64,000 bases of DNA, taken from assembly GCF_009914755.1 (NCBI RefSeq), contig NC_060947.1. The stretch is one strand, 5' to 3'. The DNA is from the human T2T-CHM13v2.0 reference genome, Homo sapiens. The stretch's first letter is position 1. The number at the start of each line of letters is the position of its first letter. The notes under the pieces are model-generated. The model did not search any database. It saw nothing but the letters and a program-made list of their open reading frames with translations, and was not told where the DNA came from. The position numbers were made by a program, and so were the translations under genes. Below, piece after piece: positions 15,601 through 35,327 of this stretch.

Positions 15601-16974
15601 AAGTTCTAAATCTCAAAATGAAAACTTGATATGCACCAAAATACAACCTTTTGGAAGCACAAAACTCACAGGGCCTATAACACAATAACACAATAAAAAA
15701 AGTAGGTAACAAATAATATGATGAATAGAACACTCTCGTGTTACATCTCAATATTAACATTTAATATAAATGGCCTAAATGCTTCTCTTGAAAGACACAA
15801 AATAGCAGAATGAATAAAAGACCACCTACCAAATATCTTCTGTCTTCAGTAGACTCAACACAAAAAGATTTATATAAATTCAAGGTAAAGAGGTGGAAAA
15901 AGATATTCTACACAACTGGAAATCAGAAGTGAGCAGGAGTAGCTATTCTTATATCAGACAAAACAGACTTCAAAGAAACAACAGTTTAAAAAAGACAATA
16001 AAGGACATTAATATTGATAAAAACAACAGTCCAACAAGAACATATTACAATCTTAAATTTATGTGCATCTAACACTGCAGAATCTAGATGTACAAAACAA
16101 TTAGCACTAGACCTAAGAGATGAGACAGACAGTAGCACAATATTAGTGGGGGTCTTTAACACTTCACTGACAGTACTAGACAGATAATTAAGATAGAAAT
16201 CCTACAAAGAAATAATAAAATTAAACAATACACTAGGAAAAAAAGTAGACTTAACAGATATTTATGGAACATTTTTCCCAAGAAAGGCAGAATATGCATT
16301 TTTCTCATCAGCACATTGAATACTTTCTGATACAGACAATATGTTAGGCCACAAAACAAGTCTCAATTCATATAAGAGAATCAGAATTATATCAAGTATC
16401 TTCTCAGACTACAGTGGAATAAAACTGCAAATAAACTCCAAAAGGAATTCTCAAAGCTATACAAATACACAGAAATTAAATAACCTGCTCTTAAATGATT
16501 TTTAGATTAACAATGAAAGCAAGATGGAAACTAAGTGATTTTTTGAAATTTATGACAGTAGAGACACAAGTTATCAAAACCTCTGGGATACAGAAAATAA
16601 GCAGGGTTAAGAGGAAAGTTTATAGCATTAAATGCCTACATCTAAAAGTCTGAAAAAGCACAAATTGACAAATTAATGTCGCACTTCAATGATCTAGAGA
16701 AACAAGAACACACTAAACCCAAGCACAACAGAAAAAAAAAGAAAACAATAACAAAGATCAGAGAATAACTAAATAAAATTGAGCCAAAAATTAACACAAA
16801 AAATAAATGAAACAGATAGCTAGTTATTTGAGAAGATAAACAAAGTTGAGAGACTACTAGTGAGATTAATCAAGAAGAGAAAAAATACAAATAAGCTAAA
16901 TTAGAAATGAAACTGGAGCTATTACAACATATGCCAAAGAAATACAAAGGATCATTCAGAGCTACTGTGAACAG

Positions 16975-17365
<391 letters not shown>

Positions 17366-17426
17366 CTATAAACCCTGAACAGACAAATAACAAGCAGTGA
17401 GATTGAATCAGCATTTAAAAAGTTGC

Positions 17427-20400
17427 TGGGATTGCTTACTAGAAGCAGCTCAGGTGTGTGGTTTTCATATAAAGGAACAAAAGGTGTGAGTAAATACACC
17501 ACCTTCAACTGAAACATCCAAGCACTTGCATTGGGACTAATCAATGAAAGAACTCAACCCACGGAGAATGAACAAAAGCAAGACAGTAAAGTGGCCCACC
17601 TGGGAGCAACATGAAGCTAGAGGAACCTCCCCCACCCAGGGAAGCAGTGACTGAATGTGCTACCCTGGGAAACCATGCTTCTCCCATGAATCTTTGAAAC
17701 CCTTGAGTCAGATGATCCCTTTGTGAACTCACTTGACTAGGGTCTTCATTCTGACACACAGAGTTATGTGGAGTCTCAGCAGAGCAGCTGCACAGGCATG
17801 TGCTACAGAAGCCCAGGAGCTTTACACACTCTGGCCCTGGGCTTTCTGGCACAAGTGACTGCTACTCTAGCAAGGCAGGAGGTTGGACTTCCATACATAA
17901 TCTTAGGAAAGAGGCTGAATCCCTGGGGCTGAGCAGCAACTGTCTGTGGGCTCCACTTTCATAGCACCTCAGAAGATAAGCCAATCACCAACAGAATCAC
18001 CCCTAACTGGGACAGAGTTCCCGTGGGGAAGGGGCAGGCCACCATCTTTGCGGCTCGGATGACTCAGCCATTCCAGCCTGTGGGCTTTGGAGAATCCAAA
18101 CTGACCCAGGGAAGAAGGAATCCCCCAACACAGCACAGCTGCTCTACCAAAACATGGCCATGCTACTTCTTTAAGCAGATCCCCAAATCCATTCCTCCTC
18201 ACTGGGTGGGACCTCTCATCTGGGGCCTCCAGCCACCCCTGCTGGTGTTCTTCAGCTGACAGAAATTTAAATTGTTTCTGAAATAGAGTTCCTAGGTGGA
18301 GGGTTGGGCCACCATCTTTGCTGCTTGGATGACTCAGCTGTTTTAGCCTATAAGCTTTGGAGAGTGCAAACAGACCAGGGGTGGAAGGGATCCCCCAGCA
18401 CAGCACCAAAATGTGGCCAGACTGCTTCTTTAAGTGAGTCCCCATTCTGTTCCTCCTCACTGGAAGGGACCTCCCAACCAGGGCCTCGAACTACCACTGC
18501 TGGTGTTCTCACCAACAGAGATCTCAAAACTTTCTGGTAAAGAGCTCCCAGAAAGAGGCATGTGCCACCATCTTTGCTGTCTGAGCACCTTAGCTGTTCC
18601 AGCCTCCAGGCTTTAGAGAGCCCATGCCAACCAGGGGTGGAAGCAATACCTCAGCACAAAACAGCTGCTCTATAAAAGTGTGGCCAGACTGCTTCTATAA
18701 GCAGGCCTCCAATCCTGTGACTCCTGACTGGGTGATACCTCCAAACTGAGGTCTCCAGTCAGCTCCTACAGGTGCATTTGGACAAGCAACCGGTCTATAC
18801 CTCTCTGGGACAGAGCTCCCAGCAGAAGGGGCAGGCTACCATCTTTGCTGTTTTGCAGCCTTCACTGGAGATGCCTCCCAGTGGTACAGGAAAATCCAAG
18901 GTGACTAGGAATTGGAGTGGATCCCCAGCAAACCACAGCACCCCTACAGAAAAGTCACCAGGCTTCTAAAAAAATAAATGCATTCAAAGGTCAGCAACCT
19001 AAAATATCTGAAGTCCACTAAATTGATAAATAATCAGTGCAAGAACACTGAAGACTCAAAAAGCCAGAGTATCCTCTCTCCTCCAAATGGCTGCATCACC
19101 TCTGCAGCAAGAGTTCAGAAATGGGCTGAGGCTGAGATGGCTGAAATGACAGAAGTAGAAGTTAGAATATGAATAAAAACAGACTTAGCTGAGGTAAACA
19201 AAAAGCATTTTGTAACCAAATACAAGGAAGCTGAAAATCATGATAAAGCATCCAGGAGCTGACAGACAAAATAAACAGTATAGAGAAAAAGGTAAACGAT
19301 CTGACAGAGCTAAAAAACACACTACAGAAATTTCATAATACAATCACAAGTATTAATAGCAGAATATGCCAAGTAGAGGAAAAAATCTCAGAGCTTGAAC
19401 ACTGTCTTTCTGAAATAAGACAGGCAGACAAGAATAGAGGAAAAAAAGGATGAAGAGAAATGAACAAACCTCCAAAAAATTTGGGATTATGTAAAGAGAC
19501 AAAATCTATGACTGATTGGTGTACCTGAAGCAGATGGGGTGAATAAGACTAATTTGGAAAACACATTTCAGGATATCTTCCATGAGAACTTCCCCCAACC
19601 TAGATAAACAGGCCAACATTCAAATTCAGGAAATGCAGAGAACCCTAGTAAGGTACTCCATGAGAAGATCATCAGCAAGACACAAAATCATCAGATTCTC
19701 CTAGGCTTAAAAAAAATAAAAATGTTAAGGGCAGCTATAGAAGAAGAAAAATCATCTCACAGACAGCAATGCAATCAAATTAGAACTCAAGACTGCAAAA
19801 TTTACTCAAAACCATACAATTACATAGAAATTAAATAACTTGTTCTGGAATAATTTTTGAATAAATAATGAAATTGAGGCTGAAATCAAGAAATTCTTTG
19901 AAAATAATAAGGAAGATACAACATAGCAGAATCTCTGGGACACAGATAAGGCAGCGTTAACAGTGAAAATTATACCACTAAATGCCTATATCAAAAAATT
20001 AGAAAGAGTTCATGTTAACAACTCAACATCATTATTTAAAGAGCAAGAGAATCAAGAGCAAACACATCCCAAAGCTAGCAAAAAAGAAGGAATACCCAAA
20101 ATCAGAGCTGAACTGAAGGAGAGAAAGACTTGAAAAACCATTTAAAAAACCATGCAAAAGATTAACAAACCCTGGATCTGGTGTTTGGAAAAAAAATAAT
20201 AAAATAGATAGATCACTAGCTAGACTAACAATGAATAAAACAGAGACGATCCAAATAAAAACAATAAGAAATGATAAAAAGGGGATATTATCACTGACCC
20301 CACAGAAATACAAAGAACCATCAGAGAATATTCTATACACCTCTATGCATATAAACTAGAAAATATAGAAGAAATAGATGAATTCCTGGAAACACACAAC

Positions 20401-22537
20401 TTTCCAAGACAGAACCAGAAAGAAAATGAATCCCTGAACACACTGATAATGAGTTCTAAAATTGAGGCAGTAGTAAATAGATTACTAACCAAAAAAATGA
20501 CTAGGACCAGAATGATTCACAACTCAATTTTAGCAGATGTACAAAAAAGAGGTGGTACCATTACTACTGAAACTATTCTAAAAAATGGAAAAAGAGGAAC
20601 TCCTCCCTAACTCATTCTATGAGGCCAGAATCATTCTGATACCAAAACATTGCAGAGATACAAAACAAACAAACAAACAGAAAACTTTAAGGAACATTGA
20701 TGCAAAAATTTTCAGCGAAATACTGGCAAACTGAATGCAGCAGCAAATCAAATAGCTTATCCACCTGCATCAAATAGGCTTCATCCCTGGGATTCAAGGT
20801 TGGTTCAACATATCCAAATCAATAAATGTGATTCATCACATAAAGAAAACTAAAGAGAAAAACTACACAATTATCTCAATAAATGCAGAAAAAGGTTTTG
20901 ATAAAATTCAACTTTGCTTAATGTTAAAAACTCTCAATAAACTAGGTATTGAAGGAACATACCTCAAAATAATAAGAGCCATATATGACAAACCCACAGC
21001 CAACATCATACTGAATGGACAAATGCTGGAAGAATTCTTTTTCAAAATCGGCAAAAGAGAAGGATTCCCTCTCTCACCACTTCTATTAAACATAGCATTG
21101 GAATTTCTGTCCAGAGAAACAAGAAAAAAGGAGAAATAAAAAGCATTCAAATAGAAAGATAAGTCAAACTATCCATATTTGCAGATTGCATGGTTCTATA
21201 TCTAGAACACCTCATTGTCTCAGCCCAGAAGCTTCTTAAGCTGATAGGCAACTCCAACAAAGTTTCAGGATACAAAATCAATATGCAAAAAATGGCTAGT
21301 ATTCCTGTACACCAGGAACATTCAAGCCAAGAGACAAATCACAAATGAATTTCCATTTACAATTGCCATAAAACAAATAAAATACCTAGGAATACAGCTA
21401 ACCAGGGAGGTGAAATATCTCTACAATGAGATCTGCAAACCACTGCTCAAAAAAAATCGTAGATAACATAAACAAATGGAAAAATATTCCATGCTCATGG
21501 ATAGGAGGAATCAATATCGTGAAAATGGCCATACTGTCCAAAGCAATTTATAGATTCAATTCTATTACAATTAAACTACAATGAACATTCTTCATAGACG
21601 TAGAAAAACTATTTTAAAATTTATATGGAACCAAAATCGAGCCTGAATAGCCAGGGCAATCCTAAGCAAATAGAACAAAGATGGAGGTGTCATGCTGCCC
21701 ACATTCAAACTGTACTACTGTGCTGCAGTAACCAAATTAGCATGGTACTGCTACAAAAAAAAAAGACACATAGAACAATAGAACAAAATATAGAGCCCAG
21801 ATATAAGACCATACACCTACAACTATTTGATCATCAACAAAGCAGAGAAAATCTAGCAATGGGGAAAATATTTCCTATTCAATAAATGGTGCAGGGAGAA
21901 CTGGCTAGTGATATGCTGAAGATTGAAGCTGGATCCCTTACTTACACCACATACAAAAATTAACTCAAGAGGATGAAAGACTTAAATGTAAAGCACAAAA
22001 TTATAAGAACCCTAGAATACAACCTAGGCAATACCATTCAGGATATAGGCACAGGCAAATATTTCATGATGAAGACACCGAGAGCAATTTCAACAAAAGC
22101 AAAAATTGAAAATTAACAAATGAAATCTAATTAAACTAAAGAGATTATGCACAGCAAAAGAAACTATCAACAGAGTAAATGAAAAACCTACAGAATGGGA
22201 GAAATATTTGCAAGCTATGAAACTGACAAAGGTCTAATATCTAGCATTTATACATAACTAAAACAAATTTAAAAGAAAAAACCAAACAACCCATTAAAAA
22301 GTTGGGAAAGAATGTTAACAGACATTTCTTTTTTAACAATAGCCATTCTGAATGTTGTGAGATGTTATCTCATTGTGGTTTTGATTTGCATTTCTCTGAT
22401 GATCAGTGATGTTGACCTTATTTCAGATGCAGGTGGCAGCATGTATGTTTACGTGATGAACCACATTTATTGATTTGCGTATGTTGAACCAACCTTGCAT
22501 CCTGAAGATGAAGACTATTTGATCGTAGTGGATAAGC
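17427..22537 (+). mobile_element. L1 element D (L1P3-type, about L1PA8A-L1PA13): 5'UTR, partial ORF1, ORF2, no 3'UTR or tail
   Basis: 5'UTR ACTAGAAGCAGCTCAGGTGTG... with ~270-bp repeats. ORF1 ~19020-19745, internal deletion, then ORF2 19755-22327 (RT remnant 20828-21139). Ends in inverted fragments. Confidence 0.8.
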
Positions 22538-22549
22538 AATCCTAAGCAT

Positions 22550-23638
22550 TGTTGTGGGAAGTCAGGGACCCCGAACGGAGGGACCGGTTGAAGCCATGGC
22601 AGAAGAACATAAATTGTGAAGATTTCATGGATATTTATTAGTTCCTCAAATTAATACTTTTATAATTTCTTATGCCTGTCTTTACTGCAATCTCTGAAAA
22701 TAAATTGTGAAGATTTCATGGACACTTATCACTTCCCTAATCAATACCCTTGTGATTTCCTATGCCTGTCTTTACTTTAATCTCTTAAACCCATCATCTT
22801 CATAAGCCAAGGAGGATGAATGTTGCCTCAGGACTCTGTGATAATTGCATTAACTGCACAAATTATTTGTAGAGCATGTGTGTTTGAACAATATGAAATC
22901 TGGGCACCTTGAAAAAAGAACAGGATAACAGCAGTGTTCAGGGAACAAGAGAGATAACCTTAAACTCTGACTGCCGGTGAGCCGGGCAGAACAGAGCCAT
23001 ATTTCTCTTCTTTTAAAAGCAAATGGGAGAAATATTGCTGAATTCTTTTTCTCAGCAAGGAACATCCCTGACAAAGAGAATGCGTCTCTGAGGGGAGGCC
23101 TCTGAAATGGCTGCTTTGGGGATGGCTGTCTTTTACTGTTGTAGCAGAGGGATGCAATAAGCCCCTGTCTCCCGTGGCACTCCCAGGCTTATTAGGAGGA
23201 GGAAAATCCCGCCTAATAAATTTTGGTCAGACCAGTTGTCTGCTCTCAAACCCTGTTTCCTGATAAGATGTTATCAATGACAATGCGTGCCTGAAACTTC
23301 ATTAGCAATTTTAATTTCACCCCAGTCCTGTGGTCCTGTGATCTCAACCTGCCTCCATTTGCCTTGTGATATTTTATTACCTTGTGAAGCATGTGATCTC
23401 TGTGACCCACAACCTATTTGTACACTCACTCCCCTTTTGAAAATCGCTAATAAAAACTTGCTGGTTTTGCGGCTTGAGGGGCATCACGGAACCTGCCGAC
23501 ATGTGATGTCTCCCCAGGACACCCAGGTTTAAAATTTCTCTCTTTTGTACTCTGTCCCTTTATTTCTCAGACTGGCTGACACTTAGGGAAAATAGAAAAG
23601 AACCTACATGAAATATCAGGGGTGAATTTCACCCAACA
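22550..23638 (+). mobile_element. MER11 (HERV-K11/HML-8) solo LTR, MER11B/C-like
   Basis: TGTTGTGGGAAGTCAGGGACCCCGAACGGAGGGACC...TTTCACCCAACA; perfect 6-bp TSD AAGCAT (22544-22549 / 23639-23644). Confidence 0.93.
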
Positions 23639-23644
23639 AAGCAT

Positions 23645-25123
23645 AAATAACAAATTGGAAGGCATCACATTACCTGACTTCAAATTATACTAAGCATCAC
23701 ATTACCTAACTTTGAACTATACTATAAGGTCATAGTTATCAAAACTGCATGGTACTGGTAAAAAAACAGGCATGTAGACCAATGGAAAAGAATAGAAAAC
23801 ACAGAAATAAAGGCAAATACTTACAGCCAACTGATCTTCACCAATGAAAACAAAAACAAAGTGGGAAAGGACACCCTATTCAACAGGTGGTGCTGGGATA
23901 ATTGGGAGGCCACATGTAGAAGAATGAAACTGAATTCTCATATCTCACCTTATAAAAAACAACTCAGGATGAATAAAATACTTAAATCTAAGAGATGAAA
24001 ACATGAAAATTCTAGAAAATAACACTGGAAAAATTCTCCTGGACATTGGCTTAGGCAAAGAATTTATGACTAAGTCCCCAAAAGCAAACACAACTAAAAT
24101 AAAAACAAGCAAGTGTAATCTAATTAAACTGAAAAGCTTCTGCACAGCAAAAGAAATAATCAGTGGAGTACAAAGACAACCTGAAGAGTGGGAGAAAATT
24201 TTCACAATCTATGCATCCAACCAAGGACTAGTATCTAGAATCTACAAGAAACTCAAACAAATCAGGAAGAAAAAATAAGTAATCTTAGTAAAAGTGGGCA
24301 AAGGACATGAATAGACATTTCTCAAAAGAAGATATACAAACAGCCAATAACCATGAACACATGCACATTACTAATCACAAGAAAAGTGCAAATTAAAACC
24401 ATAATGAAATACCACCTTACTACTGCAAAAAATGGTCACAATTAAAAAGTCAAAGGACAATCGAATTTGGCATAAATGTAGTGCAAAGGGAATGCTTTTA
24501 TACTGTTGGTGGAAATGTGAATTAGTAAAACCACTATAAAAAACACTATGGAGAGTCCTTAAAAAAATAAAGGTAGACCTCCCATGTGATTCAGCAATTC
24601 CACTATTGGATATTTACCCAAAAGAAAATAAGTCATTATATTAAAAGGTCACATGAACACATCTGTTTATACCAGCACAATTTGCAATTGCAAAGATATA
24701 GAGCCAACCTAAGTGCACATTGACCAATGAGAAAATAAAGAAAATGTGGTATATATACACCAGGGAACACTACTCAGCCACAAAAATTAGCTTAATTGTA
24801 TCTTTTTTAGAAACTTGGATGGAACAGGAGACCATCATCTTAAATGAAGTAACTCAGGAGTGGAAAATCAAATACTGTATATTCTGACTTCTAAGTGAGA
24901 GCTAAGTTATGAGGATGCAAAAACATACTGAGTGATATAATGGACATTGGGTACTTGGGAGAAAGATTGGGAGAGAGGAGAGAAATAAAAGACTACATAT
25001 CGGGTACGGTGTACACTGCTCATGTAACAAATGCACTAAAATATCTGAATTTAATACTAAAGAACTCATTTATGAAACAAGAAAACACCTGTACCCCCAA
25101 AACTATTGACATTAAAAAAAGAA
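23645..25123 (+). mobile_element. L1 element C 3' part (L1PB2/3-like 3' end)
   Basis: ORF2 C-terminal remnant 24003-24278. 3'UTR GAGCTAAGTTATGAGGATGCA...AAAAGACTACATATCGGGTAC...CCCCAAAACTATTGA plus A tail. Confidence 0.85.
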
Positions 25124-31322
<6,199 letters not shown>

Positions 31323-32126
31323 AAAAGAAGACATACATGCAGCCCAGAGACATATGAAAAAATAAGTTCAATGTCACTGATTATTAGAGAAATGCAAATC
31401 AAAACCACAATGAGATACAATCTCACACTTGCTAAAATGGCCATTATTAAAAAGTCAAAAATAACAAATGCTGGCAAATTGTCAGAGACAAAGGAACTCT
31501 TATATTCTGTTGGTGGGTTTGTAAATTAGTCCAACCTTTGTAGAAAGCAGTGTGACAGCTCCTCAAAGAAAGAAAAACAGAACTACCATTCAACCCAAAA
31601 ATTCTATTACTCAGTATATACCCAAAGGAATATAAGTAATTCTGTCATAAAAACAAATTCATGTGTATGTTCATTGCAGCACTATTCACTGTAACAAAGA
31701 GATGGAATCAACCTAAATACCCATCAATGGTAGACTAGGAAAAGAAAATGTGGTATACATACATCATGAAATACTATACAGTCATAAAAAATGACATTAT
31801 GTCCTTTGCAAGGACCTGAATGGAGCTGGAGTCTATAATCCTTAGGAAACTAATTTAAGAACAGAAAACCAAATACCGCATGTTCTCACAAATAGGAGCT
31901 AAATGATGAGACTACATGGACACATAGAGGGAAATAAGAGACACTGGGGATAACCAGAGGGTAGAGGTGGGAGCTGGGAGAGAATCAGGAAAAATAACGA
32001 ATGGGTACTAGGTTTAATACATGTGTGATAAAAAAAAATCAGTACAACAAACCCTCATAACATGGGTTTACCTATTCCACAAACTTGTACATGTATACCG
32101 GAACACAGCAAAAAAGTTTAAAAAAG
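31323..32126 (+). mobile_element. L1 element B 3' end (L1PA13-16-like)
   Basis: Resumes AAAAGAAGACATACATG. 3'UTR ATCAGGAAAAATAACGAATGGGTACTAGG...GTACAACAAACCC. Followed by the right TSD copy AAAATCATCTGA. Confidence 0.85.
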
Positions 32127-33803
32127 AAAATCATCTGAATGTACAAAACTCACTGGCAATAGTAAGTACTCAGACAAACACAAAATACTGTAACACTGTA
32201 ACTGTGGTGTGCAAACTATTCTTAAGTAGAAAAACTAAACAACTTAAGGTCATGAAGAATAATGAAGAATAATGACCTATAACAGCTTTTCAAGATATAA
32301 ATGTTACAATAAGATATAAATAGTAAAAACAAAAAATTAAAAAGTTGGAGGACAAAATTAAGACTTAGAGTCTTTGTTAGTTTTCTTTTTACTGGCTTGT
32401 TTTTTATGTGTGCAAACAGGGTTAAGGTGTTATCAACTTTAAATAATGGAGTGTAAGATTATATTTGGAAGCCTCATGGTAATATAAAAAAAAATGTGAT
32501 GAATAAACAAAAAATAACAAGTAAGAAACTAAACCATAACACCAAAGAAAATCACCTTCACTGAAAGGAAGACAGGAACAAAAGAAATTAGAAAGAGAAG
32601 ACCACAAAACAATCAGGAGTTTATCTTTACTTAGCAATAATAACATTAAATATAAATGGACTAAACCTGATAGACTAGCGTGACTGAATGAATATATAAA
32701 AAAGACACAATGACCTTTTGCCTATAAGAAATACACTTCTCCAATAAAGACACACACAGATGGAAAATAAAGGGATGAAGAAAGATGTGCCATACCAACA
32801 GAAACTGAAAGAGAGGCAGAGCATCTATACACATATAAGACAAAATAGATTTCAAGAAAAATCATTAAGAAGAGACAAAGAAGGTCACTATATAATGATA
32901 AAAGAGTCCATTCACCAAAAGGATACAAAAATTTTAAGTAAGTTTACACTCAGAGTTGGAGCATTCAGATACATAAAGCAAATATCATTAGAGTTAAAGA
33001 GAGAGAGAGAGGCATGAATACAATAACAGCTGGGTACTTCAACACCCCACTTTCAGCATTAGACTGATCTTTTCTTCGGCACATGGATTATTCTCAAGGG
33101 TAGGACACATGTTAGGTCATACAGCAAGTGTTATAACAGTCAAAAAATTTGAAATAATGTGAAGCATCTTCTCTGACCACAATGGAATAAAACTAGAAAT
33201 CAAAAAGAAGATGAATTTTAGAAACTATATAAACACATGGAAATTAAACAATATGCTCCTGAATGACCAGTGGTCTATGAAGAAATTAAAAAGAAAATTA
33301 AAAATTTTCTTCAAACAAACAGAGACACAACATACCAAAACTTATGGGGTGCAGCAAAAGCAGTACAAAGTGAAAAGTTAATAGCTATAAGTACATACAT
33401 CAAAAAAAGAGAAAAGCTTCAAATAAACAACCCAACAATGTATCTAAAAGAACTAGAAAAGTAAGAGCAAACCAAACCAAAAATTAGTAGAAAAAAAGAA
33501 ATATTAAAGACCACAACATAAATAAACAAAACTGAAATGAAGAAAACAATACAAAAACCAATGAAACAAAAAGTTGTTTTTTTTTGAAAAGTCAAACAAG
33601 ATTGAAATACCTTTAGTAAGACTAACTAAAGAGAGAAGACCAAAATAAAATCAGAGCTGAAAAAGGAAACATTACTACTGATACTGCAGGAATCAAAAGG
33701 ATCAATAGAGGCTACTATGAGCAACTATATGCCAATAAATTGAAAAATCTAGAAGAAATTAACAAATTCCTAGACACATGCAACCTATCAAGGTTGAACT
33801 AGA
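32127..33803 (+). mobile_element. L1 element A, right part (ORF1 end, spacer, ORF2 endonuclease remnant)
   Basis: AATCATCTGAATGTACAAAACTCACTGG continues the sequence broken at 7203. EN remnants [12 protein letters not shown] and TTYQNLW. Confidence 0.8.
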
Positions 33804-34149
33804 AATTTTGTATAAATTTTTGTATTATGCATGGTGTGGGCCCAACTTTATTATTTTTCATGTGGATATCCAGTTGTCCCAGCCCAATTTGTTGAAGGAA
33901 TTGTAATTTTTCATTGTATGGTCTTGACATTCCTGTTGAAAATCAATTCACCACAGTTGTGTGGATTTCTTTCTGCATTCCTAATTCCATTCCATTGACC
34001 TGTATATCTATGCTTATGTCACTATCATTATTTTATTACTGTAGCTTAGTAGTAACTTTTGAAATTTGAATGTATGTGTCCTCCAACATTGTTCTTTTTC
34101 ATTATAGTTTTGAATATTCCCGGTCCTTTGTAAGTAAATATAAATTGTA

Positions 34150-34390
34150 TGTTTTTCGTTTTGTTTTTCTACTTTTCATTTGTACAAACTCATGGGATAT
34201 ATGTGCAATTTTGCTACATGCATAAATTTCATAGTAGTCTAGTAAGGAATTCTAAGTTATCCATCACCCGAATAATGTACATTGTAGCCATTAGCCAATT
34301 TCTCATTATTCTCTCCCTACCACCCTCTCACCCTTCTGAGTCTCCTTTATTTATTATTCCGCTCTCTATGTCCACATGAACATATTTTAT
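34150..34390 (-). mobile_element. Short L1 3' tip (L1PB4/L1MA1-3-like)
   Basis: T-rich tail, then GTGCAATTTTGCTACATGCAT...CCATCACCCGAATAATGTACATTGTA. Confidence 0.7.
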
Positions 34391-34470
34391 TTTTCTATTT
34401 AAAAAAAGAGGCTGCAAAATTTTTGTAGGGGTTGAATTATATCTGTATATTTCTTTGTAGAGTATTGCTC

Positions 34471-35327
34471 TATACCAAATATAAAATTCTACTTCTCTTA
34501 ACTGATTGATGTACTCCCACTTCCTTGGCCAAGGACTTCCAAAGTTAACCTGAAAATCTAGCTGAGACCCTCCTGAAAATCTAGTTCAGGGAGAGTCACA
34601 CATACTTTATACTCTCCTCTGTTTGGAAGTCCAGCAAAGCTGACCAGTTTTAACATTTAAACAGAGATTTTAAGACTGACAAAGCAGACACTTTTTAGCA
34701 ATGAGACAACAAATTTCAACCTGGCTTTAGTATAGTGTCTCATGAAAGATAGAAGGTTATGAAAGAAATTGAAATATTTTATCCCAAAATATATTTCTTT
34801 GATACGTACTGGGATGGCCCTGTAAAGCTGTCTCTTGTTGGGAAAATCTACATTCTGTAGAGAATTCTCTTACCTTTTCAGGTCTTTTCCCTGATTCGGA
34901 AGAGAACTAACTAAAGGTCTGGCAACTTTGTAGATCTCATAAGAGCTCTGAAGCTTGGTTTCTGAAGTCTTCATCTGCATGATAAAACCTTGGTCTTCAC
35001 AACCTCTGATCTTAATCCAGACGTTTCTTTCAACTCTTTCATCCAGTTCCTAATCAGAAAAATTTTGAATCTACCTATGGCCTGGAAGGCCTCCTCTCAC
35101 CCCTGCTTCAAGTTGTCCCACCTTTCTATACCAAAACAATGTACATCTTACGTGTGTTGATTGATGTCTTATGTCTCCCTAAAATGTATAAACTCAAGCT
35201 GTAGCCCAACCACCATGGGCACATGTTCTCAGGGCCTTCTGTGGCTGTGCCATAGGTGATAGCTTTATATTTGGCTCAGAATAAATCTCTCCAATTATTT
35301 TACAAAGTTTGATGCCTTCCGTTGACA
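34471..35327 (+). mobile_element. MER4-family (ERV1) solo LTR
   Basis: ACCAAATATAAAATTCTA...TTGGCCAAGGACTTCCAAAGTTAACCTGAAAA; ends TTTGGCTCAGAATAAATCTCT...CGTTGACA. Confidence 0.8.

Noticed and set aside
17990-18900. Regularly spaced repeats resembling a CRISPR-like array
   Set aside because: Whole ~270-bp units are homologous, with no unique spacers; they are L1 UTR monomers in primate DNA.
19740-19775. ~1 kb ORF1-ORF2 gap in element D as a spliced L1 RNA; it resumes near the same TCTCAGACCACAG position where the 27912 L1 is truncated
   Set aside because: The putative acceptor bases are retained and no clean GT..AG removal is visible. An ordinary deletion and a coincidence of position are sufficient explanations.
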